From NCBI GenBank assembly GCA_963664015.2, contig CAXXLF010000001.1:704001-768000 (forward strand): a stretch of DNA of 64,000 nucleotides, in the 5' to 3' direction. Shown here piece by piece: positions 42,312 to 52,779 of this stretch (its first letter is position 1; every line of letters begins with the position of its first letter). The translations under genes were made by a program, and so were the position numbers. Below the pieces are notes generated by a model, which worked only from the letters and a program-made list of their open reading frames with translations, was not told the origin of the DNA and searched no databases. The DNA is from Candidatus Binatia bacterium. Lineage in GTDB: Bacteria > Desulfobacterota > Binatia > UBA9968 > CAXXLF01.

Positions 42312-42533
42312 TCACTTATCCCAAAGTCTCTCAACAACTTCTTTTTGTTTCAGGGAAAGCTTTCTCCCCTGCGCCATTTGCCGAGCCAAACTGGTGACAA
42401 ATTGTCGCTCCCAATCGGTGAATTTTGGATCCCTTGTTTCTTCACTCAGGCAGGCAACCATATACTCTTCACGTGTCTTCTGCCGTTTTGCACGTTCCGG
42501 TTCCTTGGATATTTTGACTAGCTTTAGGGCCAT
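42312..42533 (-). CDS. Small hypothetical protein
   Basis: 73 aa, AGAGGG RBS, WERQFV.SL...GRKLS.KQ pattern. Confidence 0.6.
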   Translation of the reverse strand: MALKLVKISKEPERAKRQKTREEYMVACLSEETRDPKFTDWERQFVTSLARQMAQGRKLSLKQKEVVERLWDK

Positions 42534-42755
42534 GAATTCGGTCTTCCCTCTTTACATTGTTGTTTAAATAAAAAGGGATTCAACATAAGGCCCCAAGGAG
42601 TGAAAGGTCAAGAATAAAAGGTAACGTCCCAAAAACGCCACGCACGCCCCCCCCCGATCGGTTCATCCTTCGCCCCAATTGGGGATAAGAAAACGAGAAA
42701 CAGATTGAACCCTCGACCCATGCAAGTGGGCCCTCTGACACCCTTCGGTCGATTC

Positions 42756-43508
42756 TTAATGCCCGGGAAGATAGCGGGAACCACCGAGGGCCTTCACCTG
42801 CCCCTGCACCCAACTGGCACGTTGTAAAACGTACGCTGATGGCCTGACGGGGTGCATGCGCCCCGGGCTCGGGAGGACTGCGGCGAGGAGTGCCGCCTCA
42901 TGCTCCGTTAGCCTGGAGGGTGACTTTCGGAAGAATCGCCTACTGGCTGCGCCTATACCGAAGGTGTGATCGCCGAACTGAATAATATTGAGATAGACCT
43001 CAAGGATTCTAAGCTTAGGCCACGACAACTCGATGAGAACGGTGAAGTAGGCTTCCAGCCCCTTGCGCAGCCAGCTTCGTCGAGGCCACAGGAATAGGTT
43101 CTTAGCGACCTGCTGCGAAATGGTGCTGGCACCCCGTAGCCGACCCTCAGCCTGCTGCTCACGAATGGCATCGCTGATTGCCCCCAAATCAAAACCCCGA
43201 TGTTCAGGGAATCGCTGATCCTCCGCCGCAACAACTGCTATGGGCATGTTCGGTGAGATATCCGGCCACGTAACCCATTGGTGATAGACTTTTGCTCCCC
43301 TCTCGCCTGCAAAGAATACGGCGACTCTACTTTGGAGAATAAAAGAAGATGTTGGCGGAGTCACCCAGCGAAGGCATACAACGGCGCTCAAGGATGCGAT
43401 GAGAAAGATCACAAAGCTCTTCAGCAAGGCAAACACGATGATACGGAACAGTCCAGGTAACATTGAGGCCATAGTTGCGACCATACTTAGGTGTTCGAAC
43501 ATTCTCAA
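42756..43508 (-). CDS. mtgA: Monofunctional biosynthetic peptidoglycan transglycosylase
   Basis: AEDQRF.EH.GFD, RGASTISQQVAKNLFL, RKGLE, ILEVYLN; start position uncertain. Confidence 0.95.
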   Translation of the reverse strand: MRMFEHLSMVATMASMLPGLFRIIVFALLKSFVIFLIASLSAVVCLRWVTPPTSSFILQSRVAVFFAGERGAKVYHQWVTWPDISPNMPIAVVAAEDQRFPEHRGFDLGAISDAIREQQAEGRLRGASTISQQVAKNLFLWPRRSWLRKGLEAYFTVLIELSWPKLRILEVYLNIIQFGDHTFGIGAASRRFFRKSPSRLTEHEAALLAAVLPSPGRMHPVRPSAYVLQRASWVQGQVKALGGSRYLPGH

Positions 43509-43732
43509 GATAAAGTCGGCATGGTGTAAAAGCTGAGGTATCGAACACTATTCGGAATTCCATTCGGGATAGAATCGGAGCTTAGCGGAACGTCAGTGCA
43601 CCTGCTGCAGTCGCGTTTTGGGAGGGGCTTCAAAGGCAAAACGAAATGACTAAATCGTAAATCTGGGCTGGACTCAATTATAGCGTCGTTAAATTGTGTT
43701 TTGAGAAGAATTTAAGGCCTGCTAGCTCGAGT

Positions 43733-43762
43733 TGACATCATAGGGCGTTATCAAATATGGTC
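43733..43762 (+). promoter_or_regulatory. Putative sigma70 promoter
   Basis: TTGACA-18 nt-TATGGT upstream of the isochorismatase gene. Confidence 0.35.
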
Positions 43763-43933
43763 CACACAAAACAGAGGAGGGCTGGCCCGTTTGCTTGTCC
43801 GGCACTCCCTTGGAGCTCTCAATGGTGCGGCGTAGGAAGCTATTTTGGGAATCTGTGATTTCTTGGCGAATCGGCTTCAAAAAGAAGTTACTATCATTAA
43901 TTTGATGCGACTGACGGAAAAGAGGAGATAGCT

Positions 43934-44581
43934 ATGACTCCAACTGGCCCGGAGATAGAAAAGTCTGCGTTGATCATTGTCGATATGCAAAATGATTTCG
44001 TACACCCCGAGGGCCAGTTCGGCATAATGGCCAAACAAAGCCCTGAGCGGAATATCGATCTCAATTTCCTATCGTCGCCGATATCTCGTATCAAACGGCT
44101 GGCTGCAGCGTTCCGGAATGCCGGCAGGCCAGTGATCTATGTCGCCCATGTATTGAAGTCCGACTATTCTGACGCGGCGTTTCCATACTGGCGGCGCGAG
44201 CGCCCTAACAACTCTCAGTTCATCGTTGAGGGGACCTGGGGTGCAAAGATCATCGACGAACTGAATCCAGAGGAGGGTGAGCATCTGGTGGTCAAGAAGG
44301 GGTACGGTGGTTTCAGTAACACGTCTCTGGACACGATCCTGCGCACTCTCGGCGTCACAACCTGCGTGGTCACGGGTGTCACCACATGCACATGTGTTTC
44401 GACGACGATTCGCGGGGGAGTTGAAAAGAACTACCGAATGATAATTGTTGGAGATGGAACCGCCGATACACAACGGGAGGCTCACGAGCACGAACTCAAG
44501 ACCATGGCCCGAGTCTTCGGCGATGTTAAAACGACAGATGAAGTTATTGATTTGTTGGCGCGGCGAGCGCCATGCAGATAA
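43934..44581 (+). CDS. Isochorismatase-family cysteine hydrolase
   Basis: IVDMQNDF, GTWGA, K..YGGF, TCTCVSTT; GAGGAG RBS. Confidence 0.92.
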   Translation: MTPTGPEIEKSALIIVDMQNDFVHPEGQFGIMAKQSPERNIDLNFLSSPISRIKRLAAAFRNAGRPVIYVAHVLKSDYSDAAFPYWRRERPNNSQFIVEGTWGAKIIDELNPEEGEHLVVKKGYGGFSNTSLDTILRTLGVTTCVVTGVTTCTCVSTTIRGGVEKNYRMIIVGDGTADTQREAHEHELKTMARVFGDVKTTDEVIDLLARRAPCR

Positions 44582-44713
44582 CCGAGTGATTCCGCGATTG
44601 CTTCAAACGCAACGAATGCGTCGTTGAGTTGCGTCTTGCGATTAAATTTAGGTCTGCTAGGCTGAGTTGACATGACTCCCCGTTATTGAATACTGTCCCT
44701 ATGAGGAGGATCA

Positions 44714-44941
44714 ATGGCCACTAACTTCACTCCAACCCTCAAGCGAGTTTTGCGAGAGCTGCAGACACTGAGAGCAAGGATAGACCTGCAGATCAAGGTG
44801 ATGCAGAGCGTTATTCGGACCTCCACGGTTCCCCAGACCAGGGGCCAACAAAGCACGAATAAGGCCCGTCCTTCCGCTATGGTCGGTTACGCCCGCGATC
44901 GCCGTGTCCTGACGCGTAAGCGTACGCAAAAGCTCCGGTAA
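44714..44941 (+). CDS. Small basic hypothetical protein
   Basis: GAGGAGG RBS, coiled-coil-like N-terminal half and Arg/Lys-rich tail. Confidence 0.5.
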   Translation: MATNFTPTLKRVLRELQTLRARIDLQIKVMQSVIRTSTVPQTRGQQSTNKARPSAMVGYARDRRVLTRKRTQKLR

Positions 44942-45219
44942 ATCTTTGCGACTGTCCATTCCTTCTATACATCGAATGAGCAGGCCCTCGTCATTTCCTT
45001 CGATCCTTAGGCCAGTAAGACGCATCAGGTTAGCTCTTGAATTGCGTCCAGGCTATTCTAGGCTTCGCAAATCCAGCCCCAGAGCGGCTTCCGGCCTGCC
45101 TAGAAGTGACATTTGATGAGATTGGTTCTGGGCCTGTAAATGAGTAAAGTTTGTAGAAAGGCTGATCTCGGTGAGGCCGGTTTTAAAATAAAGCGGGCAA
45201 CAAAGTTGAACTAACGTGA

Positions 45220-45705
45220 TTACGAAATCCTTTCCGTTTCGTAGGACTTCCTCTGTTTCTGCCACTCCAGAACCCCGTCGATAGTCTCCGCTGCAAGGGG
45301 GTCCTTGACCGGTGAGTGCCGGACGTTGGCCTCGGCGAAGAGTTCTTCCGGAGGGATTTCCAGGAAGAACTCGACGAAGGTGTCGGTTTGGGGTGTGAAC
45401 ACAGGGCAGTGATCGGTGCGCCAGCTTATGCGGTACATGGCGATGTGATCCGTCGTTTTCGAATCACCCTTCAAAATCTTCGCCTTGGCTTTCGCCACTT
45501 TGTCTCCGGCCTTGATGATAACTTCGGGGTGCGCCATAACGTTTTGCACCCAGTCCCTTTTTTTATTCGGATACGGAGAAGTGGCGATAAGCCGCCCGTT
45601 CCAATAGTAAATCCGAATCTGTACCGTACGGTGTTGCCCGCTTTTCCTCCCAACCGTGGTAACGTGAGGAACAATCTCGGTCCCGTTTGCAGGTGTATGT
45701 ATCAG
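45220..45705 (-). CDS. Deazaflavin (F420)-dependent nitroreductase-like protein (DUF385 type), non-canonical or mutated start
   Basis: Frame stays open upstream of the ORF-track start: TTVGRKSGQHR...RDWVQNVMAHPEV; only CTG (45705) or ATA is available after AAAAGGT. Confidence 0.65.
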   Translation of the reverse strand: MIHTPANGTEIVPHVTTVGRKSGQHRTVQIRIYYWNGRLIATSPYPNKKRDWVQNVMAHPEVIIKAGDKVAKAKAKILKGDSKTTDHIAMYRISWRTDHCPVFTPQTDTFVEFFLEIPPEELFAEANVRHSPVKDPLAAETIDGVLEWQKQRKSYETERIS

Positions 45706-45729
45706 TTCTACCTTTTAGATTTACTCGAT

Positions 45730-46812
45730 CTATCTACCGAACACGGTTTTTAGAAACGGTACGAGTTTAGTTTTAACCCGCTTGCGGTTCTCAATCCCAT
45801 AGGTCTTGACCGCGCCGGGCTGCGGGATCCTCCATGTCGGGGCGTGGTCCGTCGGCACGTCCAGGCGTTTACTGATATATCCGGTAGCTTTGACGAAGGG
45901 TATCTGCCCTTCCTTCGACAGAAGCCAATTGATATAGACCTTTGCCGCATTGGGGTGGGGCGCGTTATTGAACATCCCAAGCTGGCCGATACCCGGACTG
46001 ACGTCAGAGCCTTCCTTGATCTGGCGGACATCAACCCTTGCAATCGGGACTCCCTGTCGGATTCTTTGGTCTGCCATGCTACTGGAGAGGCCCAGACCCA
46101 CGGGATACTTGCCGCTACCCACATGGTCAACCTCTTGGCCATAGTTTTTCAAAATGAGTGGCTGTTGTTCGGCCAGCGCTCGAATAAATTTCGGCCCCAA
46201 ATCAGGATGTCGATAAAAGAAATCGAACGTGGCCTGCCCTGGACCGGGCTTGCGCGGATCATCGATAATGATTTTCCCCTTCCACTTGGGGGAAAGAAGA
46301 TCCTTATAGGAGCGAAATTCATTTGTGCCCACCACCTTGGTGTTCACGAAAAGAATGTCTCTCTGATACGATGCAACAACAAAGACGGACCGGTTCGGGT
46401 CAAGGAACTCAAACATTCCCTCACGCCAGTTTTTCTGATCTTTGACCTCTGGAAGGATGAATGCCGGCTCAAGGGGCGCCAAAACGTTCATGGGATAAAG
46501 CAGGACCTCCTGCGCACCGGCAACAACAAGATCCCAAAGGTAACGGCGTGCCCCCCGCTCGGCACTTATTCTCGGTGGAATCCCTGAGGCCCGGCCACCC
46601 AGAAAATCGACCTCAATACCGTACTTCTTCTGAAACGGTAAAACGAGAGCATCCCGCCTGTCCGTACCGGTAGGCCCAAACATCGCTACCCTGCCCTCTT
46701 TTTTTGCGGCCTTAACCGTGCGCTCCCACTCTTCTTGCCAGGCAGCTCTGGAATCTGCCGAGCTCATGAGTCCTACCAATAAGATACTTAAGAAGATTAA
46801 AGACCTCACCAT
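45730..46812 (-). CDS. Extracellular solute-binding protein (Fe3+/thiamine-type ABC family)
   Basis: Signal peptide, AAKKEG, DLL.PKWKGKI, APHPNAAKVYINWLLSKEGQ. Confidence 0.88.
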   Translation of the reverse strand: MVRSLIFLSILLVGLMSSADSRAAWQEEWERTVKAAKKEGRVAMFGPTGTDRRDALVLPFQKKYGIEVDFLGGRASGIPPRISAERGARRYLWDLVVAGAQEVLLYPMNVLAPLEPAFILPEVKDQKNWREGMFEFLDPNRSVFVVASYQRDILFVNTKVVGTNEFRSYKDLLSPKWKGKIIIDDPRKPGPGQATFDFFYRHPDLGPKFIRALAEQQPLILKNYGQEVDHVGSGKYPVGLGLSSSMADQRIRQGVPIARVDVRQIKEGSDVSPGIGQLGMFNNAPHPNAAKVYINWLLSKEGQIPFVKATGYISKRLDVPTDHAPTWRIPQPGAVKTYGIENRKRVKTKLVPFLKTVFGR

Positions 46813-46877
46813 TACTATCTCCTCTCACACCCTTTATTTTAAAGCTAACATTCTTATTCTGATCGTGCTCGGGTCTG

Positions 46878-47957
46878 CTAGCGCCCCATCACTGATCGCA
46901 CGAACGGCCGTATCTCTTTCTTCATTCTAGCACGGTATTCCAGTCCATAGGTTTTGATGGACCCAGGCACTGGGACCTTCCAATGGGGGGCGTGATCCGT
47001 CGGCACATCCAAGCGAGCGCTAATGTACCCCGTTGCCCGGGCAAACTCGGTCTGGCCCTCTTTAGAAAGGAGCCAGTTTATATAGACCTTCGCCGCATTG
47101 GGATGAGGGGCCCGGTTGAACAGACCCACCTGACCCACAGCAGGATTAATGTCGGAACCTTCCTTGAGTTTACGCGGATCGGTAATCAAAATGGGGACTC
47201 CCCGCCTTCGTCGTGCATCGGCTGTGCTCTCAGAAAGGCCGATTCCCACAGATCTTTTGCCGCTACCGACGATGTCAATTTCTTGACCATAATTTTTCAA
47301 TATGAGCAGATCCTGTTTAAACAATTGCCGAATGAAGTCTTTGCCCAAATCGGGATGCAAATAAAAGAACCCAAAGGTGGCCGCACCTGGCCCTGGCTTG
47401 AGTGGATCGTCAACGACAATTTTTCCTTTCCACTTGGGCTTCAGGAGATCTTTGTATGATGTAAAATCCGATTCGCTCACGAGTTTCGTGTTAATGAACA
47501 ATTGACCGCGGGTGAAAGGGGACAGGACCAAGGCCGTCCGTCCATCATCTAGGAACTCGAATTCCCCGTTGCGCCAGTTCTTCAGATTCTTCACTTCCGG
47601 CAGGATCATGGCCGGCTCCAGGGGAGCCAAGACTTTCATTGGGAGCAATAGGGCTTCCAAGGCGCCTGCGACAATAAGATCCCACCCATAATGGCCTGCG
47701 CCGCGCTCGGCAGCTATTCTGGGTGGGAAAGTTGTTACCCGTCCCCCCAAGAATTCTACAGGGATTCCGAACTTCTTCTCAAACGCCTGCACAAGACCAT
47801 CCCGCCGGTCCGTGCCTGTGGGTCCAAACATGGAGACCTTGCCTTCTTTCTTCGCGGCCTTAACCGTACGCTCCCAATCTTCTTGCCAACCGGCTCTGGA
47901 ATCCGCCGAGATTAAGAGTCCTACCACCAAAATGCATAGAAGAATTAAATACCTCAT
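46878..47957 (-). CDS. Extracellular solute-binding protein, tandem paralog
   Basis: Same motifs as, and closely similar to, 45730..46812. Confidence 0.88.
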   Translation of the reverse strand: MRYLILLCILVVGLLISADSRAGWQEDWERTVKAAKKEGKVSMFGPTGTDRRDGLVQAFEKKFGIPVEFLGGRVTTFPPRIAAERGAGHYGWDLIVAGALEALLLPMKVLAPLEPAMILPEVKNLKNWRNGEFEFLDDGRTALVLSPFTRGQLFINTKLVSESDFTSYKDLLKPKWKGKIVVDDPLKPGPGAATFGFFYLHPDLGKDFIRQLFKQDLLILKNYGQEIDIVGSGKRSVGIGLSESTADARRRRGVPILITDPRKLKEGSDINPAVGQVGLFNRAPHPNAAKVYINWLLSKEGQTEFARATGYISARLDVPTDHAPHWKVPVPGSIKTYGLEYRARMKKEIRPFVRSVMGR

Positions 47958-48049
47958 AGCCTCAATTTCCTTTCATCTATTAGTTCGACTTGTATGTCTA
48001 ACATTTTCAGATTAGTCGTGCTAGCGCTTTCTCGCTCTGTGGCCTTGTC

Positions 48050-50344
48050 TCACATTTGACCCGCCGCCTTGAGTGCCCGATATACTTTTTCTGCTGTGAT
48101 AGGTAGTCCTTCGAAACGTATGCCTATGGCATCATAAACAGCATTTGCAATCGCTGCCGTTATGGGCAGGTTACCAAGCTCGCCGGCGGCCTTCGCTCCG
48201 TAGGGACCTGGCCCTACTCCGTCGGTAATAAGCAGGGTTTGAAGAGGCGGGACGTCCTGAATGGTGGGGATCTTGTAATCGTGAAATCCAAGGGTTTGCA
48301 CCTGCCCATCCGCTAGCCTCAATTCCTCCGTCGTTGCGAAGCCCAAACCCATGACCATCGCACCTTCAATCTGACCCGTTACTCCGATGGGATTTAGGAC
48401 CGTCCCCACATCGCTGGCGACGACCACCCGACGAATTTTGACCTGACCGGTTTCCGGATCGACCTCCACCTCTGCCACATGAGCCACAAAGCTGGTGCCA
48501 GTCGGAAGCTTCCATGCTTCGAAACGGCAGCTTCCTATCACAGGATCACCGTCACTGCAGGCACGGGCTGCAACCTTGGTAAAGGGGATGGTTGTATTTG
48601 GTCGATTCCGGTTTCGAAATACCCCTTTGATAAGCTCAACTTGACCCTCGGGACAACCCAGATGCTCGGCGGCAACGGCCGCCAATTTACTGCGCACCTC
48701 AGTGGCGGCCCTCAGCGTTGCTTGACCCGCCACATGAGTCACACTCATACCCGAGCTTCCGCGATCCCAAATACCGGAGTCCGTACCGGTAACCACAAGT
48801 CTTACCCGGTTCAGCGGTAACTGAAGCTCGTGGCCGACGATCTGCACCAGAATGGTAAAGGGACCGGACCCCTGATCGTTGACGCCGGTCTTCAAGGTAG
48901 CACTCCCGTCCCGATGGACCTCAACAATGGAAGTGGACCCTCCAAAGCCGGCGACATCCTGACAGATGGCCACGCCCCTCCCGACGTTCGGGGGTTTGGG
49001 CCGTCCCCAGCCGGAGGCGCTCTTGACTGATTGCAGGCACTCTTTGAGACGAATAGACGTCCACGAATCACCGAGGGGCGCCGATTCACCTTCTTCCACC
49101 CCGTTCTTGAGCCGAAACTCCAGGGGATCCATCCCCACCGCTTCGGCTAAACGGTCGATATCCGATTCACATGCAAATGCCGCCTGGGCCCCGCCGGGCG
49201 AGCGCATGTGACCCGCAGGGACGTGGTTGGTATAGACAATCGTGCATTCCACTTTAATGTGCGGAACACGGTACACTCCGGCTGCCACGTGTAAGCCCCA
49301 AAGCCTGGCGTATGGGATGGGCTTGTAACCCGCGTAGGCCCCGCTATCCATTACCATCTTGACGTGTCGAGCCACGATCCTCCCGTCGCGTTTGAGACCG
49401 CTGCGAATGGTGATCCAGGCCCCATGGCGCGGGTTGCCGGACATGAACTCAGAAACACCGTCCATGACGATCCGCACGGGCCTGCCGGCTTCCTTGGAGA
49501 GAAAATAGGCCAATGGAATCAGCATGGGTGATCCCTTGCCGCCAAAATCGCCACCCACGAAAACCGGCTCGATGACAACCTTATCGGGCGGAAGATCAAG
49601 GTCCAGGACTAGCAAATCTTTAAGGGTGAAGGGCGCCTTATTGGAAGCCCAAACGCGCACGGTTCCATTGGGTTCCACTGACACCAAACATGTGTGTGGC
49701 TCGATGTAGCCCTGATGCTGGATAGGCGTAGTGTACTGATGTTCCAGTACCAAATCGGCCTCCCGAAATCCCTGCTCGATATCGCCTTTGCTCTTCTCTT
49801 CGTAGGAGCACAGGTTCCGTATGTCGGGCAGGTCCACCTTGTCTCCTACGGAGTAGTCGCCCAACTTGTATCCGTGGCGGTATTCCCGAAACCGTGGGTG
49901 CAAAAGAGGCGCATCTGGCGTCATTGCTTCGAAGGGATCGTAAACCGCGGGCAATTCCTCGTACTCAACTTCGATTAGCCCGCATGCCTCTTCAGCCGTG
50001 TCACGGTCCTCGGCCGCCACCGCGGCAACGGGTTCCCCTATGAGACGTACCCGTTCGAAGGCAAGGATGGGGATATCTGCAACCGCGCGTCCGAACAACT
50101 TTCCTTCCAAATTCTGTCCGGTCAAAACGGCGTGCACTCCCTTTAAGGCGCGCGCTTTGCTGGTGTCGATCCGGATCACCCGAGCGTGGGAAAAGGGGCT
50201 GCGGTGCAGAGCCCCCCACAGCGTTCCGGGAATTTGAACGTCGGCCGTATACTTGGAGCGACTCGTGACCTTGCCTTCCCCATCCACCCGTCCGACGGGG
50301 CTACCGATTGTTGAGACGGTATTTGTAAGTTTAAATTGAGACAT
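48050..50344 (-). CDS. Xanthine dehydrogenase/CoxL-family molybdopterin-binding subunit
   Basis: RSPFSHA, GGDFGGK, HMRSPG, DQGSG, EVEVDPETG, KAAGE. Confidence 0.93.
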   Translation of the reverse strand: MSQFKLTNTVSTIGSPVGRVDGEGKVTSRSKYTADVQIPGTLWGALHRSPFSHARVIRIDTSKARALKGVHAVLTGQNLEGKLFGRAVADIPILAFERVRLIGEPVAAVAAEDRDTAEEACGLIEVEYEELPAVYDPFEAMTPDAPLLHPRFREYRHGYKLGDYSVGDKVDLPDIRNLCSYEEKSKGDIEQGFREADLVLEHQYTTPIQHQGYIEPHTCLVSVEPNGTVRVWASNKAPFTLKDLLVLDLDLPPDKVVIEPVFVGGDFGGKGSPMLIPLAYFLSKEAGRPVRIVMDGVSEFMSGNPRHGAWITIRSGLKRDGRIVARHVKMVMDSGAYAGYKPIPYARLWGLHVAAGVYRVPHIKVECTIVYTNHVPAGHMRSPGGAQAAFACESDIDRLAEAVGMDPLEFRLKNGVEEGESAPLGDSWTSIRLKECLQSVKSASGWGRPKPPNVGRGVAICQDVAGFGGSTSIVEVHRDGSATLKTGVNDQGSGPFTILVQIVGHELQLPLNRVRLVVTGTDSGIWDRGSSGMSVTHVAGQATLRAATEVRSKLAAVAAEHLGCPEGQVELIKGVFRNRNRPNTTIPFTKVAARACSDGDPVIGSCRFEAWKLPTGTSFVAHVAEVEVDPETGQVKIRRVVVASDVGTVLNPIGVTGQIEGAMVMGLGFATTEELRLADGQVQTLGFHDYKIPTIQDVPPLQTLLITDGVGPGPYGAKAAGELGNLPITAAIANAVYDAIGIRFEGLPITAEKVYRALKAAGQM

Positions 50345-50405
50345 ATTTTTGCTCTTATGGGTGAGAATTTGACAGCTCCAGGTCCTTACCCCGTCACGGC
50401 CGGGA

Positions 50406-50435
50406 ACTATAATACAAAGATCTCACGGGGTGCAA
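50406..50435 (-). promoter_or_regulatory. Putative sigma70 promoter
   Basis: TTGCAC-18 nt-TATAGT on the minus strand upstream of 50344. Confidence 0.35.
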
Positions 50436-50808
50436 GGGTCAAGCCATACCGCCATTAGCTATCGGCAACGCTAGGGAAATCCAAAGGCGTTGACAATAGG
50501 GAAGTGAAATGGAAGCCATTGATCATTGGGGGCAGAGATCCCAGACGTCCCAGTCCAGGCGAGGTAGCTTTCACACTTTTTCATGTATGCTGATCTGGGT
50601 CCAAAGTTCATCTGGGCGTTGGCGCGGAGATAAACTCCGGTCTAACCGTGCTGGATATGAGATAAATTGTATTCTCATGACGGAGTTGTTACAGAGTGAG
50701 TGTTCTGACGTAATCCTTGGTACGGGTTTACTGATTCCGCTTCAGCGTCGGGCTAAAAGGCTACGAGTTATCATATCGTAATACACTTTAACAAAGGAGA
50801 ATCCTACC

Positions 50809-51887
50809 ATGGCAACCAAATATGATATCTCTGATTCCGACGGTCACGTGTACGAATCGGACGCTGACCTTCTTGAATTCCTGGACCCGCCGTTTCGAGG
50901 CAAAGAAGAGCTCCTGAGGCATCCACTCTTTCCTACCGGCGACGGGTGGCATCGGACCGGGGTCGCCATGACTGAAGGAGGCAGCTCCTGGGTGAAAGGA
51001 AAGATTACCGCCCAGAAATGGATCGACTTCTTGGATCAGGTCGGCATCGAGAGTACGGTCCTATATCCGACCTGCGGATTGGGAATCGGGGCAGTGGCAA
51101 GTCAAAAGTGGGCCGTCCTCCTTGCAAGGGCCTATAACAATTGGCTGCACGAGAAAATCCTGAGGGAGAGTCCCCGCCTGAAGGGTATCGCCATTCTCCC
51201 TCTCCAGAGTCCCTTGGATGCAGTCGAGGAGCTGAAACGTGCAGTGAATCAACTAGGCATGGTAGGAGCCTATTTGCCCGGCGGAGGTCTCAAGCGTCTC
51301 CTCGGAGATCCTTTTTATTACCCTGTGTATCAAACGGCGGAGGAGCTTGGCGTTATATTGTCCGTGCACACGGGGGTCCCGCAAAAGGGTCTGTTACAGG
51401 ATCTAGACCTCTTTGACCACCTGCAGGGATGCGCTGCCTGCTTCACCCGGTGGGACAGATGACTCAAATGACCCATCTGATGTTCAACGGGGTATTTGAC
51501 CGGTTTCCACACCTGCGGATGGCGTTTCCGGAGGCCGGCTCCGCCTGGGTCCTTTGCCTGTATGAAAGACTACAGCGAGAATACAAACATTGGGGAGAAC
51601 TGATCTCCGGATTGAGGCGGGAACCCAAAGAACACCTGAGGAGCGGCCGGCTATTCGTCGAGGCGGAACTCGACGACGAGCTGCTTCCAATCTTTGTGGA
51701 GAAACTGGGAAACCGAGGGCTTGCCTTCGCATCCGATTTTCCCCACTTTACCAGTCCGGAGCATACCGCCGACCGCATCAAAAACTTCCAGGAGCGCTCT
51801 GACCTTTCCGACGAGACCAAAGCCCGCATCCTGGGAGAGAACATTCGCGGCTTCTGCAAACGGGAGCCATGCCCCCCTAAAGCATAA
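50809..51887 (+). pseudogene. Amidohydrolase_2 family protein, single frameshift (possibly a sequencing error)
   Basis: DSDGHVYE, SVHTG, PEAGSAW, FASDFPH; frame change at cagggatg near 51427. Confidence 0.8.
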
Positions 51888-51962
51888 CCTCCCGTTACTG
51901 CACATGACCGTCGGATTGAGGAAAAACGCTCGGTTCCCGAATTAGGCGTTGAGAGAGTCAGC

Positions 51963-52679
51963 ATGAGAAAAAAGATATTCCAGTGGCTGGGTAAAGAATT
52001 TGTCGCCCTCTCGTGTGAAGGAAAATCAGGAGCGACGGCAACTGAGGAAATGCAACATGTATATAGTCGCTTCGAGGAAGAGCTGCGGGAACTGGGACTC
52101 TCGTTGGAGAACACGGTTCGAACCCGACTCTGGGCTAGAGATCAGGAAAGCCGGCATCAGGCGAGCGAGGTAAGGTTCAAGGTGCTGTCGGGCAAGGCAA
52201 GGGCCTCAAGCACCAGTTTCATTTCCAATACCTATTTTGACTCGGAGGCGCGGGTGGGCCTGGATTTGATCGCCATGAGACCATCAGAACCTGGTCTCAC
52301 AAAAAAGGTTGTTGAATATGATCCACCCAAGAGACCCTGTTGCTATGTCATCTACGATTCCTTTGTCTTTTTAACCGGGGAAGAGGCTGAAACGGACCTC
52401 CGACCTCCAAACCTTGCAGGTCAATTGGACAATATCCTTTCGGTCCTCGGAGAATCTCTGGTCCATGCCGGGACCTCGTGGAATCAAGTGGTCAAGGTCT
52501 CTTCATTCCTCCACCGCACCCAGAAACCTGAGACTCTCAAAGGGCTATTTGAAAAAAACCTCAAGGGAGTGATTCCCCAGATGGAATATGTCCCTGTCGA
52601 TGGCTTTGCCATACAGGGAGGAGTGCCCGGTGGGGGGGAAGGGATACTCGAGGTGGAGGTAACCGCAAAGATCCGTTAA
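51963..52679 (+). CDS. Tandem RidA/YjgF-like domain protein
   Basis: GLSLENTVRTRLW, GTSWNQVVKVSSFL, LEVEVTA. Confidence 0.65.
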   Translation: MRKKIFQWLGKEFVALSCEGKSGATATEEMQHVYSRFEEELRELGLSLENTVRTRLWARDQESRHQASEVRFKVLSGKARASSTSFISNTYFDSEARVGLDLIAMRPSEPGLTKKVVEYDPPKRPCCYVIYDSFVFLTGEEAETDLRPPNLAGQLDNILSVLGESLVHAGTSWNQVVKVSSFLHRTQKPETLKGLFEKNLKGVIPQMEYVPVDGFAIQGGVPGGGEGILEVEVTAKIR

Positions 52680-52779
52680 CAAAGACGAATCAGTGCCTGT
52701 CAAGCCCGCCCGTTGCGCGCACCACGCCCCAACCATTACAAGGTGGATCTCAGCAAGGCTCTTGTTAAGAGGGCTCTCC

